Source of the DNA: Patescibacteria group bacterium
GTDB taxonomy: Bacteria; Patescibacteriota; UBA1384; CAJBMM01
Length of the DNA stretch: 64,000 nucleotides
Direction: 5' to 3'
Assembly (NCBI GenBank): GCA_041660565.1
Contig: JBAZWC010000001.1
Location: 366,481-430,480 of the forward strand
Shown here: positions 34,970 through 44,240 of the stretch, one piece after another
How positions within the stretch are numbered: the stretch's first letter is position 1
How the letters are laid out: each line of letters opens with the position of its first letter
Made by a program: the position numbers and the translations under genes
The notes under the pieces: model-generated
What the model saw: the letters and a program-made list of their open reading frames with translations, nothing else
What the model was told of the DNA's origin: nothing
Databases searched by the model: none

Positions 34970-36367
34970 TTATTCGTATCTAAGTGCTTCTACCGGATTA
35001 AGCCTAGCAGCGCGAATGGCGGGGATTAACCCAGACATCATCCCAAGCAGTGTAGTAAAGATAATTACCGCTATCACCAACCACCACGGGAACTCACCCA
35101 AATGCTCTAACGGCAAGCTACCTAGGCTGGCGCCGTATTTGGTAAATAGCAGTTTGGCAATTTTGACCAAACCGTAACTGATGATAATTCCAAAAACACC
35201 GCCAAAAAATCCAAGCAGTGCGGCCTCAAAAGTAAATAAATGCCTAATAGTGGCCCTGGTGGCGCCACAAGCTCGCATCATCCCAATTTCCTTGGTGCGT
35301 TCATACGTGGCCATAATCATGGTGTTGATAATACCAATAGTGGCCACGAATAACGAGATACCGCCAATTACAGCCAACACGATACTAATCAGTAGTAAAA
35401 TTTGATTGATCTGATCTAGCATTGTTTGGGCGGTGGTGGCCCCATACCCCAATTTTTTTACGCTCTCGGCCACCGTACCAATGTTCTTAGTGTCATCAAC
35501 CTTTAATAGAATTGACCCGTAGCCTTGTTGCAAAAAATTGTCGGTTTTCGTTAACTGCATAGTTGAACCACACTCGCTGTCTTTATCGCACTTTGGAAAT
35601 TCCCACTGCACGTTTGTCATTAAATGTCTGGCCCAAGACAAAGTGACATAGCTCTGGCCGTCGTCAATAGCGCCGCTACCAGTAATGCCAACTATTTCGA
35701 CCGGAATTTCAATGGATGGCTGATTTTCCCACCATGATTTATCGGCATTCATTGGAGGCCGTGGCGGTGGAGATCCCCAATCCGGGGCCGAGTTACCCCC
35801 GTTTTGAAATGTTAGGATAACATTTTTACCAACAAGATCATTAGGATGGCTGGTGTAACCCATATCTTGGACAAACCGATTACCGACCAAAATTTTGTCG
35901 GTATCGGTGGCCACCAGTTTTCGCCCAAACGCTGTACTGATATTAAAAACCGCGCTGTCCGGATCAAAACCAACAATACTGGCCCAAGTTTTTTTGTCTT
36001 GCCCTTCTAGTTTCATTGTTTTTACCCCAATACCATTTACTACCCCGGTTGCCGCAATTACATGATCAAGCCGACGTGCCTGGGCCAAGGTAGTATCATC
36101 CATATTCTTACCCTCAGACGGATCACCGTTTGAACCAATTAGACTACTTGAATTCACTGAGTTAGGATCTTTCACCACTGTCACCAAATCAAACGCACCC
36201 AGTTGCTTGAACTGATCGGTTAAGGATTGTTTGATACTAATAATGACCGACGCCATTAAAATTAATGAAAGCGAGCCAACCATAATGGCAATGATGGTTA
36301 AAATTGTTCGAGCTTTGGATCGGGTTAAATTCTTAAACGCCAATTTGACATAATCAGAAAATCTCAT
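34970..36367 (-). CDS. ABC transporter permease, FtsX/MacB-like (4 TM with large periplasmic domain)
   Basis: N-terminal TM, extracytoplasmic domain, C-terminal FtsX-type 3-TM bundle. Confidence 0.85.
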   Translation of the reverse strand: MRFSDYVKLAFKNLTRSKARTILTIIAIMVGSLSLILMASVIISIKQSLTDQFKQLGAFDLVTVVKDPNSVNSSSLIGSNGDPSEGKNMDDTTLAQARRLDHVIAATGVVNGIGVKTMKLEGQDKKTWASIVGFDPDSAVFNISTAFGRKLVATDTDKILVGNRFVQDMGYTSHPNDLVGKNVILTFQNGGNSAPDWGSPPPRPPMNADKSWWENQPSIEIPVEIVGITGSGAIDDGQSYVTLSWARHLMTNVQWEFPKCDKDSECGSTMQLTKTDNFLQQGYGSILLKVDDTKNIGTVAESVKKLGYGATTAQTMLDQINQILLLISIVLAVIGGISLFVATIGIINTMIMATYERTKEIGMMRACGATRATIRHLFTFEAALLGFFGGVFGIIISYGLVKIAKLLFTKYGASLGSLPLEHLGEFPWWLVIAVIIFTTLLGMMSGLIPAIRAARLNPVEALRYE

Positions 36368-37047
36368 CGCACCCCCTTCAGTCGGCCATCACGAATTGTG
36401 ACTATTTGCCGCGCTTGCCGTGCCACACTTTCGTCGTGAGTGATAACCACTAATGTGATGCCGGATTTTTTGTTTAAATCTTTTAACAGTTCAACAATTT
36501 CTATTCCTTTGCGAGTATCCAAATTTCCAGTCGGCTCATCGGCAATTATTATTTCGGGATTGTTGGCCAAGGCTCTAGCAATGCTAACCCGTTGACGTTG
36601 ACCGCCGGATAGCTGATTTGGGCGATGATTTACGCGATCTTCTAGCCCTACCGCGTGTAAACACTCAAGCGCTCGTTTCTTGCGATCCCTGGCAGAGATG
36701 TGAGCAAAAACCATTGGAATCATCACGTTTTCCAAAGCAGTGTACATTGGCTGTAAATTAAAAGTTTGGAAGATAAAACCAATGCGTTTGTTTCGATAAT
36801 TCGATAAATCCAAATCGGATACATGGGCAATGTTTTGCCCATCAACTAACACCTCGCCCTCATCCGGAATATCCAACCCGCCAATAATATTGGCCAAGGT
36901 TGACTTGCCAGATCCCGACGGGCCAACAATGGCAATAAAATCGCCCTTGTCCACGGTAAAGTTAACGTGATCAAGCGCGTATATTTTTTCGTTTCCCAGT
37001 TCGTAAACTTTGGAAACATTTTTTAGTACTATCATTTTCCCCTCCAA
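36364..37047 (-). CDS. ABC transporter ATP-binding protein (MacB/LolD-type)
   Basis: GPSGSGKSTL, LSGGQRQRVSIARAL and IIADEPTGNLD motifs. Overlaps the permease gene by 4 nt. Confidence 0.92.
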   Translation of the reverse strand: MEGKMIVLKNVSKVYELGNEKIYALDHVNFTVDKGDFIAIVGPSGSGKSTLANIIGGLDIPDEGEVLVDGQNIAHVSDLDLSNYRNKRIGFIFQTFNLQPMYTALENVMIPMVFAHISARDRKKRALECLHAVGLEDRVNHRPNQLSGGQRQRVSIARALANNPEIIIADEPTGNLDTRKGIEIVELLKDLNKKSGITLVVITHDESVARQARQIVTIRDGRLKGVR

Positions 37048-37060
37048 TTCTGGTATTTGA

Positions 37061-37708
37061 CTACAAAGCCGAGAACGGTAAGACCGAAATTAAAGTATTA
37101 TCATAATACATCTTGAGCTCGTACTTTCCGGTGGTTAAACTTTCCGGCTCGCAGCTGGTATTTCCACCAGTTAGTGTGGAGTGAACCGCCGTTACTTTAT
37201 CTACCACATTGGTTTTGGTGGCTAAACTATAAATTGCCATGGCAATATGGCCACTTTCAATTGTTCGCCTGGCGGTCATGTTAACGCAAAACTGATCTGT
37301 CGTAAAATTAAAAGTGGTTGTTTTGGTGGTGTTATTTGGGCCAACTTGTTCTCCAACTGCTAATTTTGATAAATATGATGAAGACAAATATTGATTAAAC
37401 ATATCTAAGTTAGGTTGCTCCGATAGCACCACCGGCGTTGCAGTAGGACTAGGACTACTAGACGAGGAAGACGTTGTAGTGGTTGAATTATTACTCAAAA
37501 ACCACCACACTCCACCACCGAAAATCACTAATAATAAAACCACAATCACAATCCACAAAATGGCGTTACTTTTCTTTGGTTGTTCTTCCAAAATACCCTC
37601 CTTGTTGCTTCCCTTTAATGGTACCATCAACAATATTGCCGAGCAACATCGCAACTGGATTATTTTTGCGATTGAGTAGTGTTGCCACTGCAGGTGGATG
37701 GGGACCAA
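37061..37708 (-). CDS. Hypothetical membrane-anchored Ser-rich secreted protein
   Basis: TM (ILWIVIVVLLLVIFGGGVWWFL), Ser/Thr linker, beta-rich C-terminal domain. Start uncertain. Confidence 0.4.
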   Translation of the reverse strand: MVPIHLQWQHYSIAKIIQLRCCSAILLMVPLKGSNKEGILEEQPKKSNAILWIVIVVLLLVIFGGGVWWFLSNNSTTTTSSSSSSPSPTATPVVLSEQPNLDMFNQYLSSSYLSKLAVGEQVGPNNTTKTTTFNFTTDQFCVNMTARRTIESGHIAMAIYSLATKTNVVDKVTAVHSTLTGGNTSCEPESLTTGKYELKMYYDNTLISVLPFSAL

Positions 37709-38478
37709 AAACCAAGTTGTTTTGATTTTGCATCGCTCTGAGCAGATTTGAATTGAGATTGATATTTATATTTTTGACTAAAATAAGTGTATTCGTGCGC
37801 GTAGCCGTTTGCAATCATCCATTCATTGTAAAGCGTGCCATCAGGTAAAAAGACGTACCTAAGCAACCGATCATACTTATCCCAATCGCCTTCTATCGGA
37901 TCATATTCCAGCCTGACAGTTTGGTGTGATAGCAACTCTTTGCCTTTATCCGAAGCCTCGCGCCCAAAACATTGCACCGGCTTGCGTGGGTCTAGCACCT
38001 CTGGCGTATCCATCCCAATCAACCGCACCGAAATTTTACTGCCGTTTACATCAATCACAACCGTGTCGCCATCCACTACCTGATCGATTTTGGTTGATGT
38101 CTGCTCGGACAATATTTTAACAATCAGTTGTTTTGAGGCGGTGTTACGATTATTTTGCGGATAAAGTAAGCGATAACTGGCTAAATCGCCAATTTTATTC
38201 AGATATTTTTCGGATACAAAAGTAACTGCCCCTACACCGATAATTACGATGAGCACCGAGATCCAAGCCCGCTTAAAATGCTTGAACAATGACCATGCCA
38301 ACATAAAAATGATCGTTAAACAAAGCAGATATTGGACCACAATATCGGCTTGGGTTGTTGGATATGCGGCGGCGATAATTACTAACGCCCAGCAAATTAG
38401 TTTGATCAGCTTAATAAACTGGCTATCGCCACGCTTAAACCAAAGCATTCGAACTAGATTAGAAATATTATTTTTCAT
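37660..38478 (-). CDS. Membrane-anchored thermonuclease (staphylococcal-nuclease/SNase-fold) protein
   Basis: Two N-terminal TM helices then DGDTVVIDVNGSKISVRLIGMDTPE…YDRLLRYVF…ANGYA (SNase catalytic pattern). Confidence 0.8.
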   Translation of the reverse strand: MKNNISNLVRMLWFKRGDSQFIKLIKLICWALVIIAAAYPTTQADIVVQYLLCLTIIFMLAWSLFKHFKRAWISVLIVIIGVGAVTFVSEKYLNKIGDLASYRLLYPQNNRNTASKQLIVKILSEQTSTKIDQVVDGDTVVIDVNGSKISVRLIGMDTPEVLDPRKPVQCFGREASDKGKELLSHQTVRLEYDPIEGDWDKYDRLLRYVFLPDGTLYNEWMIANGYAHEYTYFSQKYKYQSQFKSAQSDAKSKQLGFWSPSTCSGNTTQSQK

Positions 38479-38526
38479 TCGCTCTAATAATACTTTAATC
38501 CTTTATCGTTTTTTGACAAATAATTA

Positions 38527-38556
38527 GGGCGGGCACGGCATTCGCCACACCCGCCC
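38527..38556 (-). terminator. GC hairpin GGGCGGG…CCCGCCC within a 43-nt sequence identical to 39513-39556
   Basis: acaaataattagggcgggcacggcattcgccacacccgccca duplicated 3' of both alpha-CTD-like genes. Confidence 0.55.
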
Positions 38557-38567
38557 ACCGCGAGGAA

Positions 38568-39395
38568 CTATCGGAACTTCTGGGGCACGTTCTCGGCGTC
38601 CGCTAGCCGATAACCGTTCTCGCCCAACCTCTGTACCACCTCGCTGTAATCGCTCCGGTTGAAGCCACGAATCGTTGATAACGCGGCCGGGGTGCACGCA
38701 GCCAGCTGCAGAATGGTTAGAATACCCGACTTCTGTAGCAAGCCACAGGTACGAGCAGGAAAGCCGAGCTCGATGATCCGCCTGATAGTGTCGAGACGCT
38801 CGCTCTTGCGGTGTACTTGATCGTCAACGCCGTCGATCTCCCACACTAGCCTACGGGCATCGTGACCCGCCTTACCGAGCAGCCGAGACAGCCGACTCAC
38901 CCGCCCGTGAAGATTGGCGTTCACATCCATGACGCTTTTTGTCCGAGCAGAGAAGCCAACCACCTCCTCGGCCACCCGACCGTCCATGAACAGCGAGATG
39001 GCGGTAGTTGACGCCACTCTTCCCAATTGCTGGGCCAGAGCGGTGCGCAATAACAGGTCGGCGCGCATGGCAGAAAATGCCCGCTCATCCTGCAACACCA
39101 GCTTCGCCCGATCTTGTCCTCTCTCGCTGGTCAACCAGTCCCAGAAGAAGCGATAAAAGCTCTGATCGATCTCTGTCCGGCGCAAGAGAATGTCAAAGCT
39201 GACCGCTTTGTGTTCACGCTCGTGGTAGAACGTCCGCGCATCCTTGACCGTTGCCGACGCGATGATGGCGTCCATCAGAAGATCGTAGTTTGGCCAGCAA
39301 TGCGACAACCAGAACTGCTTCGCCTCGGGCAGCACATCCGGAATCAGCTCCCACAACCGCTTCAGGTTGTTAAACGTATTTCTTTGCCCCGCCAT
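38568..39395 (-). CDS. Hypothetical protein with C-terminal RNA-polymerase alpha-subunit CTD-like (HhH) domain, high GC
   Basis: C-terminal ARTCGLLQKSGILTILQLAACTPAALSTIRGFNRSDYSEVVQRLGENGYRL resembles alpha-CTD (…SVRSxNCLKxxGIxTVGDLVxxSExELLKIPNFGKKSxxEIxxxL). GAGGAGGG Shine-Dalgarno. Confidence 0.6.
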   Translation of the reverse strand: MAGQRNTFNNLKRLWELIPDVLPEAKQFWLSHCWPNYDLLMDAIIASATVKDARTFYHEREHKAVSFDILLRRTEIDQSFYRFFWDWLTSERGQDRAKLVLQDERAFSAMRADLLLRTALAQQLGRVASTTAISLFMDGRVAEEVVGFSARTKSVMDVNANLHGRVSRLSRLLGKAGHDARRLVWEIDGVDDQVHRKSERLDTIRRIIELGFPARTCGLLQKSGILTILQLAACTPAALSTIRGFNRSDYSEVVQRLGENGYRLADAENVPQKFR

Positions 39396-39471
39396 CGCTC
39401 GCCCTCCTCAGGGTCTCGTGTTATTCATGTTCGAGACGCAAAGAACAATGCTGCGCCAACGTAATGCGCTG

Positions 39472-39500
39472 ATTATATCATTATCGTTATGTATCGTCAA
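39472..39500 (-). promoter_or_regulatory. Consensus promoter TTGACG-17-TATAAT for 38568-39395
   Basis: Minus-strand -35 at 39495-39500, -10 at 39472-39477. Confidence 0.55.
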
Positions 39501-39525
39501 TATTTGTTTTATTTACAAATAATTA

Positions 39526-39555
39526 GGGCGGGCACGGCATTCGCCACACCCGCCC
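39526..39555 (-). terminator. GC hairpin terminator, identical copy of 38527-38556
   Basis: Identical 43-nt block. Confidence 0.55.
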
Positions 39556-39568
39556 ACTTGCGGGAAGA

Positions 39569-39985
39569 CTACCAGAAATCCTTTGGCAACACATCGGCTT
39601 CGGCCAACTTAACGCCGAGAATCTCCAACTTCTGCAGAACCTCGTAGTAGCCTTTTTTCCCGAAGTTGCGAACAGATGCCAGCTCGGACGGAGTCAACTC
39701 AACCAAGTCAGCAACGGTTAATATGTTAGCCCTCGCGAGTGACTTAAAAGGCCTGACCGAGAGACCAAGATCCCCAATCCATATATGGAGAATCGCTTGA
39801 GGAGTCTGAGCATCCGTGTCAGCGGCACCGCCCGCTAGAAATCGCTCCAGATCCCTTCCCTTCAGCTTTTCCTTGAAAAGGCTGACCAGCCGAAGGTTCT
39901 GCACCCTCAGCCGGCGATTCTCCTCTAGAACAGCTTGGCACTGCTCAAAGGAGACCAGCCCCTCCGAAGACTCTGTATCCACCAT
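39569..39985 (-). CDS. Small protein (138 aa) with C-terminal RNA-polymerase alpha-CTD-like domain, high GC
   Basis: LSVRPFKSLARANILTVADLVELTPSELASVRNFGKKGYYEVLQKLEILGVKL is alpha-CTD-like. C-terminal tail LAEADVLPKDFW parallels LADAENVPQKFR of its neighbour. Confidence 0.6.
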   Translation of the reverse strand: MVDTESSEGLVSFEQCQAVLEENRRLRVQNLRLVSLFKEKLKGRDLERFLAGGAADTDAQTPQAILHIWIGDLGLSVRPFKSLARANILTVADLVELTPSELASVRNFGKKGYYEVLQKLEILGVKLAEADVLPKDFW

Positions 39986-40036
39986 CGTCTAACCCTCCTT
40001 AGGGGGTATATTGTCGTGTACAAATCCAATACACAA

Positions 40037-40065
40037 ATTCTAACATTATTTTTATTCATTGTCAA
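40037..40065 (-). promoter_or_regulatory. Consensus promoter TTGACA-17-TAGAAT for 39569-39985
   Basis: Minus-strand -35 at 40060-40065, -10 at 40037-40042. AAGGAGGG Shine-Dalgarno before the ATG. Confidence 0.55.
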
Positions 40066-40194
40066 TGTTTTTTGACAAATATATTTTTCAGCTATAATTA
40101 ATTTATGGATCAGTTAGTTGGTTGATCGGTTACTTTGATTATCACCCACAATATCCCATCATAAATATGAATAGATTTTTTATTATCGGGAGGA

Positions 40195-41403
40195 ATGATG
40201 AGGAACGTAAAAACAAAAGGAATTTTACCAATCTTTATCGCGCTCATTGTGGTTGGGGCGCTTGGGCTAAGCGCCGCCGGGTATGAGGGCGTTACTTACT
40301 ACCAATCCAAAAAACTGGTTGAAGCAGGTGATAAATTAATGAATGATGGGCTGTATGCCGAAGCGCTGGCAAAATATGAAATGGCGGGCAATAAATTTAA
40401 ACCGGGCAAAAGCAAAATTGACTCCAAAATTTCAAATGCTCGTGAACTGTTGACTCAAGATGATACATATAAGCAAGGCACAGCCAGTTATAACAAGCAG
40501 GAGTGGCAAAAATGTTTAGATTATTTCAAGCTTGTAACCGATAAATATCCGCAATACAAGGCGGCTCAGGTACGTTATTCCGAATGTCAGAAAAAACTGG
40601 CAGATGCGCAAACCGCAGCCGCAAGCTCGACAGCACAGCCCAGCCCAACTCCAACATCAACTCCTTCAACTACAAGAAAACGAAGTACCAGTAGTCCTTC
40701 AGCCAGTTCTAGCTCATCCTCCGGAGAATCTACTACTTCATCAAATAACAACTCTTCCAGTTCATCCAGCTCATCAAATGAAGTAGCTTCCAGTTCCCCA
40801 AGTAGCCAAACCCAAACAAGACCGGTCTTATATCTACCTTACTCCGGAACCAGCCCGGACAGACTATCTCCAATGGGCGAAACGGTTTTTCACCCCAAAC
40901 CACAAAATCCTACCGGACATCATGGCATTGATTTTATCTGGTTAGATACTCCGGGAAATGTTGGCATTATCGCCTCAATGGACGGGGTGGTTACGGCCAT
41001 AAACGCCAACACATCCCATGCTGGCGCGTGGGATGTGCTAACCAGGAGCGGAACATATGGCGTTGATTATACCGAAATGGGTAGCATAAGAAGCGGACTA
41101 AAGGTTGGTGATTCAGTTAAGGTTGGTGATTCAGTTGGTTATGCATACCACGATGCAAACAACGTTGACCAGCCAAATTACAAAATGATCCACTGGCAAT
41201 TCGGCAACCAATCAGAAGACCCGGCAAACCATCCCGGCGTCACAACTTGCCTTTGTCCTTTATCATATTTTGCTAGCAGCGCCTTATCAGCAATTAACAC
41301 TCTTTGGGCAAACAGCGACTGGAGCGGGACCGAAGTAAATGGTGAACCGGTGGATTTGAAGGCAAACTCTCCATATATCTGTAGCGGTAGTTACGCGCAA
41401 TAA
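40195..41403 (+). CDS. Secreted membrane-anchored protein with Ser-rich linker and degenerate M23/LytM peptidase-like domain
   Basis: N-terminal TM. HHGIDFIWLD…GNVGIIASMDGVV…GDSVKVGDSVGY resembles an M23 core, but the terminal HxH motif is replaced by HWQF. Confidence 0.55.
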   Translation: MMRNVKTKGILPIFIALIVVGALGLSAAGYEGVTYYQSKKLVEAGDKLMNDGLYAEALAKYEMAGNKFKPGKSKIDSKISNARELLTQDDTYKQGTASYNKQEWQKCLDYFKLVTDKYPQYKAAQVRYSECQKKLADAQTAAASSTAQPSPTPTSTPSTTRKRSTSSPSASSSSSSGESTTSSNNNSSSSSSSSNEVASSSPSSQTQTRPVLYLPYSGTSPDRLSPMGETVFHPKPQNPTGHHGIDFIWLDTPGNVGIIASMDGVVTAINANTSHAGAWDVLTRSGTYGVDYTEMGSIRSGLKVGDSVKVGDSVGYAYHDANNVDQPNYKMIHWQFGNQSEDPANHPGVTTCLCPLSYFASSALSAINTLWANSDWSGTEVNGEPVDLKANSPYICSGSYAQ

Positions 41404-41413
41404 TGATTTTACG

Positions 41414-42259
41414 ATGGATAAAACGCTGGAGGAAAATACGAACGATCAAAATCAAAACAAAAAACCGATTTGGCGATATCTTAGATGGGTTTTACTAGCT
41501 TTTGCAATACTGGTCGTTGGCGTTTTGATTTTTCTGTATTGCTACTATTACATCTGGATGAAAATGAGTACTACTATGGTTACTAACGCCGAAAACGCGC
41601 TTGCCAACGGCATTAGTATAAATGATGAGCGAGACGATTTTGTGATAATGAGCTCGAACAAAGAAGAACTAAACGCCGAAGACAATCCTTCACCGTATCG
41701 GCTGGATTATTTTGACATAAAATCGGTATCGGTAGGTGCAGATGATCAATATCTTTATATCAAGACGACATTTTTTGGTACAATTCCAAAAACCAGCCAA
41801 AAAGTAAACGGTGATAATATTGTCGCCATTGCAGCCAAAGCCGAGATTACCGACGACCAGGGTAAGGAATATCTAGGCATGGCAGCAGATTTTGGTTACG
41901 TTGCGATTATTGGCATTCCGGCGTTAAACACCTACTATTCTTACGGCGCCACCGGCATTGAATGGCCAGAGAATGCGCGCTACACCCATCAAGACAGAGA
42001 CAGTAAGGTCTATGGGGGAGGTGGCACTGATTATATTATGGGAGCATACCCGCTTAACAAAATGGGCCTAGAAATGGGGCAAACAATCAACATTCGCTTC
42101 CCAATGGAAGTCAGAAGCCATAAATTTACCCACGCAGCCGTGGATGTGCTAGCCGGATCAGGTAAATCACCGGGAATAGTAACGTGGAAATTAGGCTCGA
42201 ATCAGTACACCATCAATAATAATACTGATAACTCAGCTCAATCTAACGACAAAAAATGA
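41414..42259 (+). CDS. Hypothetical membrane-anchored protein
   Basis: Single N-terminal TM, beta-rich ectodomain. No recognisable motif. Confidence 0.45.
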   Translation: MDKTLEENTNDQNQNKKPIWRYLRWVLLAFAILVVGVLIFLYCYYYIWMKMSTTMVTNAENALANGISINDERDDFVIMSSNKEELNAEDNPSPYRLDYFDIKSVSVGADDQYLYIKTTFFGTIPKTSQKVNGDNIVAIAAKAEITDDQGKEYLGMAADFGYVAIIGIPALNTYYSYGATGIEWPENARYTHQDRDSKVYGGGGTDYIMGAYPLNKMGLEMGQTINIRFPMEVRSHKFTHAAVDVLAGSGKSPGIVTWKLGSNQYTINNNTDNSAQSNDKK

Positions 42260-42275
42260 TGAGTTAAGGAGAGAA

Positions 42276-42896
42276 ATGAACAAAATTGATCTAAAAAAGA
42301 ATTTGAAGGATTTATACAATCCTAAAACCAACGTAATTGCCGAAGTTTTGGTGCCAAAAATGAACTTTTTAATGGTAGATGGTAAGGGTGATCCAAATAC
42401 ATCAAAGGAATTTGTAAATGCCATAGAAGCGTTGTACCCGGTGGCATATACGATAAAATTTGATATCAAAAAAAATCTAGGCAAAGATTATGGGGTAATG
42501 CCACTTGAAGGGCTGTGGTGGTCAAGTGATCTGAGTGATTTTGCCACCGGTAAAAAAGATAACTGGTTCTGGACGTTAATGATAATGCAACCCGAATTTG
42601 TAACCAAAGACCTGTTTGAAAAAGCGCTAGAGAGCGTAAAAGCCAAAAAGCACCCAGCATTCATTGATAAAGTGCGCTTTGAATCGTTTGAAGAGGGCAA
42701 ATCGGCACAGCTGATGCACATTGGCCCGTTTGCCGCCGAAGGGCCAAATATCCAAAAAATCCACGACTATATAAAAGAAGCAGGTGGAAAGTTTGATGGC
42801 ATGAAGCAGAAACATCATGAAATCTACCTGTCGGATATGCGTAAAACCGCACCAGACAAGCTCAAAACCATCCTCCGCCAAGCTTTTGTGAAATAG
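42276..42896 (+). CDS. GyrI-like small-molecule-binding domain protein
   Basis: …GVMPLEGLWWSSD…WFWTLMIMQPEFV…HHEIYLSDMRKTAPDKLKTILRQ is the conserved pattern of the GyrI-like/AraC-effector-binding family. Confidence 0.65.
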   Translation: MNKIDLKKNLKDLYNPKTNVIAEVLVPKMNFLMVDGKGDPNTSKEFVNAIEALYPVAYTIKFDIKKNLGKDYGVMPLEGLWWSSDLSDFATGKKDNWFWTLMIMQPEFVTKDLFEKALESVKAKKHPAFIDKVRFESFEEGKSAQLMHIGPFAAEGPNIQKIHDYIKEAGGKFDGMKQKHHEIYLSDMRKTAPDKLKTILRQAFVK

Positions 42897-42960
42897 TTTA
42901 GGGGACAGATCCTGATTTTAGCCATTCGGGATCCAATGCAAATACTGGTATAATACGATT

Positions 42961-43314
42961 ATGTTAAGCAAATTTGCGTCAAAATTTACTTGGTCGTCGC
43001 TGATATTGTCAGTCTATTGGGTTTTGTTGTCGGTCATTATGGATGATCGCGCACAAAATATTTATCAGAACATACCAACAAGTCCGCCGATATTAAAATA
43101 CGCAATTGATGCAATATTATTATTATTTCTCATCGCAATCCCCATTATCTTTGTATATACAATGATTGTTTATATCAAAATTGCGATGCAAGCTAATTCT
43201 TTAATAAAGCAAATCCCAACCACAATAAATGAAAAGGGGGTCACTGTAGCTCTCCCTCTTATCTTCGATTTAATATTCCTTCTGCTACCACTTTATTTAC
43301 TTTCACATCGGTGA
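42961..43314 (+). CDS. Small hypothetical membrane protein within a duplicated-flank insertion
   Basis: 3 TM helices. Flanked by a 45-nt direct repeat (42852-42896 and 43347-43394). Confidence 0.4.
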   Translation: MLSKFASKFTWSSLILSVYWVLLSVIMDDRAQNIYQNIPTSPPILKYAIDAILLLFLIAIPIIFVYTMIVYIKIAMQANSLIKQIPTTINEKGVTVALPLIFDLIFLLLPLYLLSHR

Positions 43315-43346
43315 TAATTGAGTGCTACTCGGTTTAATGAAAGTGC

Positions 43347-43394
43347 CGCGCCGGACAAGCTCAAAACCATCCTCCGCCAAGCTTTTGTGAAATA
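43347..43394. repeat. Direct repeat of the last 45 nt of gene 42276-42896 (…gacaagctcaaaaccatcctccgccaagcttttgtgaaatag)
   Basis: Near-exact duplicate of 42852-42896 including the stop codon. Confidence 0.7.
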
Positions 43395-43414
43395 GCGGTA
43401 ATTATCTTCTCTTA

Positions 43415-43777
43415 TTATTTGACCAAGTTGTAGTCCACAGCAGCTCGGACTAGCTCTTTTAGCTCGGATTCTTTGATTTTATCACCTTCAAAATAGTCAA
43501 TCGTGCGCCACTTATTTCCATCAAGACCGTTGTTAAAAAGATGGTGTGGGTCAGGAAGATGGGCGCCTTGGTGAAATGTCATTTTAACTTTATCCTTGAA
43601 CGCGTTGGCAATGCAGACTATGCCACGTTTAGACCAAACCGGCGTGCCCATCCACTTCCATTCTTCAATTATTTCGGGATCCGCTCCTAATATAATTCTA
43701 CGAATATTTGCAAGAGTTTCCCCGCGCCACCCGTCGGTTTCTGATATCAGATTATCAATTTGTTCTTTTGGTGTCAT
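43415..43777 (-). CDS. DUF1801 (YdhG-like) domain protein
   Basis: …WKWMGTPVWSKRGIVCIANAFKDKVKMTFHQG… is the pattern of the YdhG/DUF1801 family. Confidence 0.55.
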   Translation of the reverse strand: MTPKEQIDNLISETDGWRGETLANIRRIILGADPEIIEEWKWMGTPVWSKRGIVCIANAFKDKVKMTFHQGAHLPDPHHLFNNGLDGNKWRTIDYFEGDKIKESELKELVRAAVDYNLVK

Positions 43778-44021
43778 TTTCTCTCCAGTTAGATGGAGAC
43801 GTAATTAGTTACAAATATAACAAGACCATTTGCACTACACGGGAAAACCACATATAATTTAACCAATTCGGAATATACTCCTGTCCTGCTCTTGGGGTAC
43901 ATTAAAAGGAGTCCGATTACAAAAATCAAGAGCCCTAAGCTATCTCTTATTCGCTCCAACTCCGCCAGCTGGCGGATGGCGGACGGATCGGTCGAATTGA
44001 TAGTCGTCAAAAATCAATGTT

Positions 44022-44240
44022 TTGGAGAATAAAATGGACAAAACAGAATCGCAAAAATTTGCGCGAGACGTCGAAGAAAATGTGCTGAAAAGCGTTCAGG
44101 AAGATAAATTTCCGTTGTGGCGCAGATCGCACTGGGATGAATGGGGCTCACCGGTTGGTTTAGGCCTAAGCTGGGCGCTGTTTATTATCCCGTTAGGATT
44201 GTTCCTGTACTTTCTGCACTTGGCCGGACTGATTAAATAA
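44022..44240 (+). CDS. Small hypothetical membrane protein
   Basis: 72 aa, one C-terminal TM. Weak support. Confidence 0.3.
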   Translation: MENKMDKTESQKFARDVEENVLKSVQEDKFPLWRRSHWDEWGSPVGLGLSWALFIIPLGLFLYFLHLAGLIK

